Source: Macrostomum lignano (Eukaryota). From it: a stretch of DNA of 64,000 nucleotides. This document shows positions 1 to 11,138 of the stretch, in pieces. Position 1 is the first letter of the stretch. Each line of letters starts with the position of its first letter. Below the pieces are notes generated by a model. That model ran no database searches. It worked only from the letters and a program-made list of their open reading frames with translations, and was not told where the DNA came from. The position numbers were made by a program, and so were the translations under genes. The DNA lies in contig NIVC01000065.1 in NCBI GenBank assembly GCA_002269645.1, positions 193,738 through 257,737 of the forward strand. The letters are read 5' to 3'.

Positions 1-130
1 ATTTTCCCTGATAGGGGCGATTTTCCCTAATAAGGCGCGATTTTCCCTTGTAAGTAAGGGGCGATTTTCCCTGAAGTTAGGGGCGACTTTTTTTATATTA
101 AGAAGAGGATTTCCCTGTTAAAATCCTCAC

Positions 131-562
131 CTCAAACGACGCCTCAGAATCGGTCAACTGACTCTCCAAGGATTTAATCATATCCTTGAACTGGCTGCTA
201 TATCTCTGCTGAATATCGTCGCCAATCTCGGCCAGTTGGCGACCAATTCGAGCCTCTTGAGACAGTGGCGGCGGCCGCTCCCTGGCCAGCTCGGGCGAGT
301 CCGGAGTGCCCGGATCCAATTGGCCAATCTCCCTGTCGCGGGCGAATCTTTCAAATACAAACGAACGAAATATGCCGTCAGCCTGGGTGCTGACGTTCTC
401 TTCCGTGTCTGGCGGACTTTCCGGTTCGCATAGCAGGCGCGGAGTCAAAGGCGGATAGGCGGCGGCGGCGGCCGCCTCATCGCTGGCGTCTGGAGCGGCG
501 GCGGCGGCGGCGTCAGACACAACCGATCCGTTTGCCGCGTTGCCAGGATTGGCGCTACTTGC
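131..562 (-). CDS. BAK1: Internal exon of a Bak-like pro-apoptotic Bcl-2 family gene; downstream exons lie left of the window
   Basis: Translation contains IGRQLAEIGDDIQQRY, a Bak-type BH3 helix (LxxIGDD). Acceptor ttaaacag|GCA at 563/562 and donor GAG|GTGAGG at 131/130. The ORF-track start at 577 is a GTG in the intron, not a real start. Confidence 0.85.
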
Positions 563-669
563 CTGTTTAATGTGCACGAAAGCAGTTTGTAAATAAGTAA
601 TACATTTTTGTGTTAAATACTACTTATAATAAACCGATACAAATTCTCACACTATCTCACACAAACGCC

Positions 670-3600
670 CCTGACGGCTACAATTGTTTTTATAGTTACC
701 CTCGCGAGGCCAACCAGCCTCCCAGAGCTTGCATCTTTGCGACCAAAACGCTCAGTGCGTGGCTCAGATCGGACCTGTCCAACAGGGACATTTGCGTCAT
801 CCAATCCGAGGACCTCCTTCCTGGGAAGACCACACTCATTGCCTCGGTTTACCTACCAGGCGATGTTGCGGTCGTCCTCAGAGCCCTCGCTACGCTGGTA
901 GAGCTCTGCTCTGGTAAAAACTACGAGCTCTTGGTTGCCGGCGACATCAACACCCACCATACTCACTGGCATTAATCAGAGAGGCGAAGACCTCCTAGCC
1001 TACGTTGCCTCTACGACCCTCGAGTTCTGCAACTCTGGGTCCACCGCCACCTTTGACAACGGACGGTGGTCGGAGGTGATCGACGCTACGCTCAGACTCT
1101 ACCAAAGTATTGGGGCGTGGCGGGTGCTTCCAGTGTCCTCACTCTCTGATCACAAGTTCATCTCCTTCAACCTGATGGCCGCGCGTAGCGCAACTCGTGT
1201 TACGTGGAGACGGAACGCCAGAAATACTGATTGGGAAACCTTCGGGCTCGCTCTGAAGGAATTCCATCGGTCTCCTGGCCAACCATCCACGATCACGTCA
1301 TGCCAAGAAGCGGATGAGTGCGCTAACCGCCGCTTTTGAGGCGTCCTGCCCTTTAAAAGCCTATAAAGGGAAAAATCCGCACCGTGGTAGAATCCCGAGC
1401 TCGGCAACCTCCGTCGCAGAGCTAAGAGACTCCACCGCAGAGCTACTAAAACTAAGAGCCCAGCGGACCAAACCGCCTACCATGAAGCAATCCATGAGTT
1501 TAAAAGGCAGGTTAGGAATTCAAAGGCTCAAAAATGGCGACAATACTGTAAGGAGCTAGAGGGCTCACGCCTCACCTCCAGAATTGTTAAAGCGCTTACG
1601 CTGGACAAAATGTCTAAGCTCTCCTCGGTCAAACACACCGACGGTACGTCCACGGACAACCCAGGGGAAACGCTTGCTGTAATGCTCACTGCGTTTTTCC
1701 CCAACGAGCCAGCTAACACGACCACTCCGGATCACTCGGAGGGAGGTCACGCGCTGGCTGCCTCTATCATCACGGAGGACCGCATCGTGAGAGCGGCTAA
1801 TTCCTTCAAACCTTTCAAAGCCCCAGGACCCGACGGCATTGTACCGGCTCTCCTAAGACAGGCGGTTAAATGCCCAGGCTTCCTGTGTAAACTTTGCAGC
1901 CTTCTTGGGGTGTGAATCACGCTTGGTTATGTCCCACAGGCATGGATCGAGGCAAAGGTGATTTTTATCCCTAAGCCAGGCCGCCCAGACTACCAATCTA
2001 TCAAATCCTTCAGACCGATCAGCCTGACCTCCTCCCTGGTCAAGCTGATAGAGAGACTGGTGCTTTGGTGCCTTCTCTCTGTTGAGCTGAAGAACAAACC
2101 TTTCAGTGAGAACCAGCACGCTTTTCGGGTGGGTCGCTCCACTGAAAGCGCGCTGCACGTCCTGGTCGATAAACTTGAGAAGGCCGTGCTTGGTAACGGC
2201 TTTGCTCTGGGGATCTTCTTGGACATCATTGGCGCCTTCGATAACGTCCTCTTCGAGGCGTTCCGAAGAGCTCTTTGTGAGAGGTAAACGCACTCACATC
2301 TCACCAGATGGATCATGTACATGATCAGCCATCGCACGGCCACCGCCAATCTGCTGGGCCACCAGAGGGCGGTCCCCGTCTGCAAAGGTAGCCCGCAAGG
2401 TGGGGTGCTGTCTCCAGTTCTATGGAACATGGTCATCGATGAGCTCCTCCGGGATGCTCGGCCTGACCCCATTCTGAAAGTAGGATATGCGGACGATGTC
2501 ACCGCGGTGGCATCTGGTCCGTCCCCTGATACCCTCAGGGACCTTCTTCAGAACTTCATCTACGCCGCTGAGCAATGGGCGGACCGCTGTGGTTTAAGGC
2601 TCTCTGAGACTAAGACCGCAGCGATCATGTTCACCAGCAGGACCAAGTGGCAGATTCGGCCGCTCACGCTTTACAGAAGGGAAATCCCCTTCTGCAAGCA
2701 CACTAAATGTCTGGGTATTACCCTGGACCACACGCTGAACTGGTCACCCCACGTTCAAGCAAAAGCCAAGAAGCCAAGAATCCATCAAAGATGGTCGCGT
2801 CGGCTTTGGGGTTTGCATCATCATCAACGGCCGTGTCATTTCCACGCATGCCCAGCACACTGGCAGACTCTCCACGGTCTTCCAGAACGAAGTCCTTGCC
2901 ATCAGCTCCTGCGCTGCAGAGCTGAACGCCAAGGGTAAGAAAAGAGAGACTATTGTCATCCACTCTGACAGCCAAGCGGCCTTACAGGCCCTTTGCCACA
3001 CCACAACGAACTCCCGGACAGTCGCCGCCAGGCTGAAGTGGATCCCAGGGCACGCAGGGTTTCCGGGGAACGAGCTGGCAGACACCCTCGACAAGAGGGG
3101 CAGCTCTGGCTCTTTCTTTGGCCCTGCCTCCCTGGTCCCTATGCCCTCGACAGTCATCAATCGTCAGATCGACAACTGGGCTGACTCCTTCCACAGGGAC
3201 AGATGGGCGGGCACCCAAAACTGCCGGCAATCTCGTGCTGTTCCTTACCCGTCTTGCAGGCTCAGAAACGTTCTTCTGAACCAAAATCGGAAGGATATTC
3301 AAGCCCTTGTCATGACCCTTACCGGCCACGGCTACCTTGCCAGGCACTGCTTCCTCAGAGGTGACCTCAAGAGTGAACTTTGCCCTTTTTGCAAGTACGA
3401 CAATGAAGATGCTCAGCACTTTGTTTGTCACTGCCTTTTCTTTACCAGAGACCGGCTATGCTAACTTGGGCTAAACCTGTCCATTGACGAGGTCTGCCAG
3501 CCCAACAGCATCTCACGGCTCATCCTGTTCCTTCGGGCAACTAGACGAGCCAGTTTCTTCCCAATGGAAGATCACGCTGAAGGATGGACCGGCGGACCAC

Positions 3601-3715
3601 CCTGACTGGCCCCACGCCTCTGCCTGTCTGCGGGCCTTCAAGGCTAGCGAAATGGGTGACCCTTACCTGCCTGCTGTGTCTATAGACCACCATGCAGCTA
3701 AGTCAAAGTAAGTCA
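670..3715 (+). mobile_element. Decayed, 5'-truncated non-LTR retrotransposon (I-group, LOA/R1-like): APE endonuclease, RT, RNase H, C-terminal CCHC knuckle
   Basis: APE motifs (VAGDINTHH, SDHKFI), RT motifs (KAPGPDG, FRPISLTS, KGSPQGGVLSPVLWN, GYADD), RNase H motifs (IVIHSDSQAAL, KWIPGHAG..GNELAD) and CPFC...HFVCHC. In-frame stops at 1913-1915 and 2285-2287 plus several frameshifts. Short tandem tail taagtcaaag-taagtcaag at about 3697-3717. Confidence 0.92.
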
Positions 3716-3761
3716 AGGTTATTAGCCCTTATATAATTCTATTAAAGAGCTTTAGTCATAA

Positions 3762-4365
3762 ACCCTTAGAATTAGCCTAATGAGATTCGGTTATCAAGCC
3801 TCAGAATTCCCTAATGAGATTCAGTTATCAAGCCTCAGAATTCCCTAATGAGATTTGGTTATCAAGCCTTAGAATTCCCTAATGAGATTCGGTCATCAAG
3901 CCTCAGAATTCCCTTGAGATTCGGTCATCAAGCCTCAGAATTCCCTTAATGAGATTCAGTTATCAAGCCTTAGAATTCCCTAATGAGATTTGGTTATCAA
4001 GCCTCAGAATTCCCTAATGAGATTCGGTCATTAAACACCAGAATTCCCCTAATGAGATTCCATTATCAAGCCTTAGAATTCCTCTAATGAGATTCCATTA
4101 TCAAGCCTCAGAATTCCCCTAATGAGATTTGGTCATCAAACATCAGAATTCCCTTAATGAGATTCGGTCATCAAGCCTCAGAATTCCCCTAATGAGATTT
4201 GGTCATCAAACCTCAGAATTCCCCTAATGAGATTTGGTCATCAAACCTCAGAATTCCCCTAATGAGATTTGGTCATCAAACCTCAGAATTCCCCTAATGA
4301 GATTTGGTCATCAAACCTCAGAATTCCCCAAATGAGCTTCATCATTAAGCCTCAGAATTTCCTTG
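3762..4365. repeat. Minisatellite, 34-35 bp unit (ccctaatgagattcggttatcaagcctcagaatt), about 17 copies
   Basis: Direct tandem units visible immediately after the LINE 3' end. Confidence 0.95.
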
Positions 4366-4455
4366 ATATTCAGGTGAAAAAATGATACAAACAAATAAAT
4401 ACAATTATGAGCAAGTTTACAAATATAAAATGACATCTTTATTACAATTTATTAC

Positions 4456-4557
4456 CTCAATATCTGATGGATCAAAGCTGAACACACCAGCCATATTGCT
4501 TCTTTGATCTCCACCAGCTCCTTGACAGGTACCATCATTTGTACTATTGTTATTCAT
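4456..4557 (-). CDS. Probable first coding exon of the Bak-like gene (MNNNSTNDGTCQGAGGDQRSNMAGVFSFDPSDIE)
   Basis: ATG at 4557, 34 codons, phase-0 donor GAG|GTAATA at 4456/4455 that matches the phase-0 acceptor at 562. An upstream acceptor tctataag| lies at 4571/4570. No homology support, splice logic only. Confidence 0.5.
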
Positions 4558-7500
4558 ATCTTAGGTTTCACTTATAGAGATATTAATAATGACACTCAGT
4601 CTATGTAGTACTTAATTTTGGTCCGACTAGAAGCAGCAAAACTAGTGGCTATCCTGGAATTTTAATTTGTAAAAAAGGCAAGTAAGTTTTTAAAGCAGTT
4701 TATTACTCTTTTAAACATGTTTTATTTAACAAAATTTGAAACATTTTTTTATAAAAAAACATAACATTACCAAAAGCACAGGTTCAACTTCAAATTTTCA
4801 TTGTTCTAGCATGTTTTAAAATTAAAATGCAGAAAATTTTTATTAAAAATAAAATATATTTAAATTAAACTAAAAATTATAATTAAAAACAGTAAGGCAT
4901 TTTATAACACATTTCATGAAATTTATTATTGTTAAGTACTAAAAAAATACAATAAAATTAACTTAGTATACTAAAATTGATTGACATCACTGGAGCTTTT
5001 TGTGCCAAATTTGTGCCCTAGCCACATTTTTCCCAAATGACACAAATTATTTGAAGGTTAAATGCCACTTTGGCACATATTAATTTTTAATTTGGCATAT
5101 CCTCTTTTCAAGTTTTGAGTTATAAATGTTGAAAACCTTTATTTTTATTTTATACAAGCTGTTGAAACCTGTAGATTTTAAACCTGCCAAATTCTAATCC
5201 CTGCAACTTTTTGCATGCAATCTAAAATCTGAAGCCATACTCAAAAAAGTTTATTAATAGTTGGGATAGAGTTGAAAAAATTGGAATTAATTTGTGTTAG
5301 ATTAAAATTTGAAGCAAGCATTGATCTTGTTGATTAGGGTTGCCACGGATTGACAGGTAACATTTGTCTAAAGCATGCACTGGCAAACTCTAGTCTCTGA
5401 TCTCTGCCTTTCTCTCTATCCCTTAGGTCCTTTAAAACTTATCTGTTCTCTGCTCTCTTCTTTCTCATCTTATCTCTTTTTTAACTTTCCTCTCTTCTCT
5501 CTTCTTTTTAATCTCTAGTCTCTTATCTTTCCCCTCTTCTTTGCTTCTTCTCTACTATTTTATCTTTTATCTCTTCTTTCTTTTCCTTTAGGCCTTTTTT
5601 CTTTTCTTTATATTCCCCCTTTAAATATCTTATGTTCTCTTTCATCTCATGTTTTATTAACTATAGCATTAGCTCAAGTGCTTGAAAAGACTATAGGACA
5701 GAATAGGTACTCTCAATCAGATAGTGGTTAGAAATCTTTCACTTAACTGTAGGGCCTAATAGCTAAATGTAGCCTCTCCGCAATGGTGCAAAGAAAGCTA
5801 TAAACAAATTTTATTCCAAAACACTCTATATTTACTTTATATACTTAGCCTTATTACTTGAGTCGAACTTGACCCTTTCCTCTATCTATAGGGAATAAAA
5901 AAGTGACACAACAATAGAAAAAGCAGACAAACTTTAAATGCTTACAGTTTCTATCCTGATTGAGTTACAGAGTTGAGACTTAACATTTAGACAGAGAATA
6001 AGTCAATAAAGAATTATGTCAATTTTGAAATCAATTGCTTTATGTAGGCTTAGAGCAAACTTATGGCAGCCTAAAGTTAGTCAGTTGTAAATCCCTTGGA
6101 CACATCTGGCCAGATAAGAAGAGAGGCAGAGGTGGGGATGGTTATTATGCTAACAAAAAGCAGACTAACTTTAAAAGTGCACAACACCTTTCAATATCAA
6201 CTTTGAGACTCAAATTTTACACAAGTGTGACATGTGTCAAAGTAAATAAGATTGTTTGTGTCGAATTTGAAGATGATTGGTAAAACTGAAGCAGCAATAT
6301 CATACATGCCCAACCACAAAACCACAAATTGGGGCCTAGATAATAAGCCTAGGCTAGGCTAGGTCTATATATTTCACTCATTTCCTATTGCTATTAGTAG
6401 TAATTAAGAGAGATAGATACTATAATGGAATTTATTATTATTTTTTATCTAGTCCAATATTAGCCATAACCAAAAACTAGGCCTACTCAAGCTCGATGTC
6501 GATGCCTGCCTTAACTCAACTAGGCCCTACTCGGATTTTGTTGTTTGGTCATGCTACTCGACTTCGACTAGAGCTCGGCTTGAGCAAAAATCTGGGCTCG
6601 TTGAAACTCTATGTCTAGGCCATATGCCTACTCACTGTTAACTATATATAGACAATATCCAGAAAAAGCGGTCCATAAATTTTTGATTCGTTGTCGAAAT
6701 ACAAAATAAAAATAGGCCCCTACATCTCTACGAAAAATATCGAAATGAAGAGAACTGTCCCTATAAGCAGGCAAAAACTATCTGCAGACAGACCTGTACT
6801 TGCTTAATACCGAAGTAAATAAAACCTCAAATAAGCAGTTATCTGTTAACATGAACCCCATGTAACGTAACCATGTTCGAGGCAATTTCAATTACCAAGC
6901 CAGCATGCTTAAAAAAAAATTTTTCCGAAAAAACACGGCCCCTTTCATTTAAAAAATCGTAGTGATACATAATTGTCGACTGCAAACTGCAATTGTATAT
7001 TTAAGAATATTAAAGATTATATTTTGACAGAACTAAGCTGCAAATAACCATTACAACATTTAAAATAACATATTCTTATACCTTTGCACGTCTATAAAAC
7101 TTAATTCCGGACTCTACACAATGGGTACACGCTTGCCCCAAAGAAATTTCGAGCGAAAGAACTGTGTATCGTAATCTTCAGTATTTTGGTGAACATGAGC
7201 TTGGTCACCTATTTTTTCTGGTCTCCGCTGAAGCCCGAAGGTTGTGGGCGAATGTGGCAAGAAACGCACCCCCCACGCCTGGGTGCGTTCTGGGAAGCAT
7301 GTAAATATAAGCAAGCCATATAGGGTCTGCCCCCCATAATGAATTTCAGGTTGCAGCTAGGTAAGGTTGCGCCAGTACTGGGCCTTAAAAATTTTGTAAA
7401 ATTAATAATAAATTGTACGAAATTTAAGAGTAGTTCAGCATCACACGGGGTACAAAATTTAAAGTATAAATAAATCCTGATATGCGAAGCTCTAATTTCA

Positions 7501-8065
7501 TAGTTATCCTGTCAAATATTGTAATTGTTTACTAATTTTTTGCAAAAAATTGTAATTATTACCAACTAGCAAGTAAAAAATAACCTTTGCTACATGTAAA
7601 CATATACTCAGCAATTAAGTCGCCACTTTATGCGCCAGTGAGCACAATTCTCTGTGGACTACTCTGAAATAAAAAATACGAGAAAACTGATCTCGGGGTA
7701 CATGTAGCTATTTACACCTCACCACCCACTTCATTCCCCAAAAACTCAAGCAAGTCTGCCGTGGGCGGGGCGTTGCTGAGTTGCGTCACTCGCAAGGTTT
7801 GACAGACTTTACCTGTATTCTCTCAAAAGTGGCGAGTGGTGACCACAGACTTTTCAATGTTGCTGGGAATAAATCAATTTAAACGCAAACTATATCATAG
7901 ATTTAAAATATCAAATCATTTTAACGTTTCCCTTAGCAGTATAAAACTAAATGAGCTATTACGCCTATTTTAAACGTATTCACTTAGGGGTAGGTACAAA
8001 AAAACAGGTAAAAAGGGCCCGGCTTTGTAAAATAACGACAATCGTTATCGTAATTTTGTCATTTT

Positions 8066-8095
8066 ATTCTAGAATTTTCTACGCCCCTTTATAAA
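8066..8095 (+). promoter_or_regulatory. Heat-shock element plus TATA box of Hsp70 copy 1
   Basis: aTTCt-aGAAt-tTTCt at 8066-8080 (three perfect alternating nGAAn units). TATAAA at 8090-8095, about 125 bp before the ATG. Confidence 0.85.
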
Positions 8096-8217
8096 GGCGG
8101 CAATTCAAACACTCTTTCCTTACACGCGGCGTCAGAAAGTTCTATAAGCTGGCTATACTTGTAAATTTAGTTTGTATTAGTATATTTATAAATATAACTT
8201 AAGCTAATAACTTTAAT

Positions 8218-11138
8218 ATGTCTAAAACTCCTGCAATTGGTATTGATCTGGGTACAACCTACTCGTGTGTTGGTGTCTTCCAGCACGGTAAGGTTGAAAT
8301 TATTGCCAACGATCAGGGCAACCGAACCACTCCCAGCTATGTTGCATTTACCGATACCGAAAGGCTCATCGGTGATTCGGCTAAAAATCAGGTGGCGCTA
8401 AATCCTTCCAATACTGTGTTTGGTAAGTCATATTCTTTCTGTTATCTTTTTTACTTGATAATTTAGTATGCATTAATTAGATTAGGTACCTACGATAAGT
8501 CGATGACTTGTCGATTGACCAAGAATATCTGCTTTGACCTGTCGTTTAAGTTGTGGCTTAAATTAAGTCGAGTGAAATATTTTTAATAGTATTTTTATTA
8601 TAAATCCACAGTCCCAAAAGTTCCCAAAAGTTTTGTACATGTCTAATGTCCTATATTGCTTATAAATCCTGAGGCATAGCTATTCTTTACAATTGCCGTC
8701 ATTAGGCCTAGCCTAGCTTTAGTTTTGCAAATTTCAATACTTATATTTTACTATTAATTGATTCACTTACAGATGCAAAGCGACTCATTGGACGCAAGTT
8801 TGATGATTCTGTAGTCCAACAAGACATGAAGCATTGGCCCTTCACTGTTGTCAATGATGGCAGTCGGCCAAAAATTCAAGTTGAGTTCAAAGGTGAGACT
8901 AAAAGCTTCTTTGCTGAAGAGATCTCTTCTATGGTCTTGACAAAGATGAAGGAGACTGCAGAGGCATACCTGGGAAAGACCGTCACTGATGCTGTTGTCA
9001 CTGTGCCTGCCTACTTCAATGATAGTCAGCGTCAAGCCACCAAGGATGCTGGTGCCATTGCTGGCCTGAATGTGCTGCGCATCATCAACGAGCCCACAGC
9101 TGCTGCCATTGCATATGGTCTAGACAAGAAGAGTGGCCACGAGAGGAATGTGCTCATCTTTGACCTCGGTGGTGGCACCTTCGATGTGTCCATCCTGACA
9201 ATCGAGGAGGGCATCTTCGAGGTGAAGTCGACTGCTGGAGACACCCATCTGGGCGGTGAGGACTTTGACAACAGGATGGTGAACCATTTCATCCAGGAGT
9301 TCAAGCGCAAGTACAAGAAGGACATGAGTGACAACAAGCGCGCTGTGAGGCGTCTGCGCACTGCCTGCGAGAGGGCCAAGCGAACTCTGAGCAGCGCCGC
9401 CCAGGCCAACATCGAGATTGACAGCCTATACGAGGGTATTGACTTCTACACGAGCATCACCAGGGCTCGCTTCGAGGAGCTCAACGCCGACCTGTTCCGT
9501 GGCACCCTCGAGCCAGTCGAGAAGTCGCTGCGTGACGCCAAGCTCGACAAAGCGTCCATCAACGAGATTGTGCTGGTGGGCGGCTCGACTCGAATCCCGA
9601 AGATCCAGAAGCTGCTGCAGGTGAGCAACTTGAAGTTTTTTAGATACTTCTTAGAAATTAAAGCTTGAGTAGTTAATTCAGCTGTTCTGCGAACTCAGAT
9701 GATGATATTCTGTAAGGTATTCGCGGTTTCGACAGACGGACCTGCAGTGGGTTCTCTGATGCCCAAGACCTTCCTTAGTCTGATGCTGAGATTCGCACCT
9801 GCAGTAGGATTACTTATTTGCTTATTGTTAGTGTAGGCTAAAGCACTGGCCAGCCAGAGCTCTCACAGATGATGATATTCTGTAAGGTATTCGCGGTTTC
9901 GACAGACGGACCTGCAGTGGGTTCTCTGATGCCCAAGACCTTCCTTAGTCTGATGCTGAGATTCGCACCTTCAGTAGGATTACTTATTTGCTTATTATTA
10001 GTGTAGGCTAAAGCACTGGCCAGCCAGAGCTCTCTCAGATGATGATATTCTGTAAGGTATTCGCGGTTTCGACAGACGGACCTGCAGTGGGTTCTCTGAT
10101 GCCCAAGACCTTCCTTAGTCTGATGCTGAGGCTGGCCCAGCGGGGAGCTCAGAACAAAGCAAAACAGTCCATCTGTAATCCCCATCGTCATCCCCACCCG
10201 CCATCTCGCAGGACTTCTTCAGCGGCAAGGAGCTCAACAAGTCGATCAACCCGGACGAGGCCGTCGCCTACGGCGCCGCCGTCCAGGCCGCCATTCTTCA
10301 CGGCGACAAGTCCGAGGCGGTGCAGGACCTCCTGCTGCTGGACGTGACGCCACTGTCGCTCGGCATCGAGACCGCTGGCGGCGTGATGACGGCCCTCATC
10401 AAGCGGAACACCACCATCCCCACCAAGCAGACGCAGACGTTCACCACCTACTCGGACAACCAGCCTGGCGTTCTAATCCAGGTGTACGAAGGCGAGCGTG
10501 CAATGACCAAGGACAACAACCTGCTGGGCAAGTTCGAGCTGTCCGGCATCCCGCCGGCTCCGCGCGGAGTCCCCCAGATCGAGGTGACCTTCGACATCGA
10601 CTCCAACGGCATTCTCAACGTGTCCGCCGTGGAGAAGAGCACTAACAAGGAGAACAAGATCACCATCACCAACGACAAGGGCCGTCTCAGCAAGGAGGAC
10701 ATCGAGCGGATGGTCAACGAGGCCGAGCGCTACAAGGCCGAGGACGACAAGCAGAAGGAGCGCGTCTCGGCCAAGAACTCGCTCGAGAGCTACGCCTTCT
10801 CCATGCGCCAGACTGTCGAGGACGAGAAGCTCAAGGACAAGATCTCCGAGGACGACAAGAAGACCATCCTGGACAAGTGCAACGACGTCATCAAGTGGCT
10901 CGACGCCAACCAGACCGCCGAGAAGGACGAATACGACCATCAGCAGAAGGAGCTCGAGAAGGTGTGCAACCCCATCATCACCAAGCTGTACCAGGCCGCT
11001 GGCGGAGCCGGTGGAATGCCCGGTAGCATGCCTGGCGGCTTCCCCGGTGGCGCTCCTGGTGCTGGCGCTGCTGGCGGCCAGAGCGGCGGCGGCGGCAGCG
11101 GTGGCGGCTCCGGCCCCACCATCGAGGAGGTCGACTAA
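8218..11138 (+). CDS. HSPA8: Cytosolic Hsp70/Hsc70 copy 1; join(8218..8422,8773..9620,10212..11138), 659 aa
   Basis: [24 protein letters not shown] and [11 protein letters not shown] signatures; GGMP-rich tail and GPTIEEVD terminus. All GT-AG junctions are in frame (205+848+927=1980 nt). Confidence 0.97.
9693..9790 (+). ncRNA. SNORD14: Box C/D snoRNA, U14 (SNORD14)-like, unit 1 in Hsp70 copy 1 intron 2
   Basis: C box ATGATGA 9699-9705; domain A TATTCGCGGTTTC 9718-9730; domain B CCTTCCTTAG directly before T+CTGA; D box 9780-9783. Confidence 0.82.
9863..9960 (+). ncRNA. SNORD14: U14-like snoRNA, unit 2 (170 bp downstream of unit 1)
   Basis: C box 9869-9875, D box 9950-9953, same domains A and B. 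Terminal stem CTCA-CA / TG-c-TGAG. Confidence 0.82.
10033..10130 (+). ncRNA. SNORD14: U14-like snoRNA, unit 3
   Basis: C box 10039-10045, D box 10120-10123. The D box lies 88 nt upstream of the 3' splice site at 10211, a typical position for intronic C/D snoRNAs. Confidence 0.82.

Noticed and set aside
1-110. Degenerate gggcgattttccct repeats at the left edge (and indel-rich repeats at the right edge) as special terminal or telomeric structures
   Set aside because: Not TTAGGG-type; more simply ordinary minisatellites, possibly with low consensus accuracy.
7114-7314. 66-aa minus-strand ORF with faint resemblance to ribosomal protein L35a (FLWGKRV)
   Set aside because: The similarity is limited to a few residues, the start is non-ATG and there is no exon structure.
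10473-10940. Antisense ORFs overlapping Hsp70 exons (also 14082..14777, 9032..9412, 15838..16218)
   Set aside because: A known by-product of GC3-rich codon usage in hsp70 genes; no independent signals.
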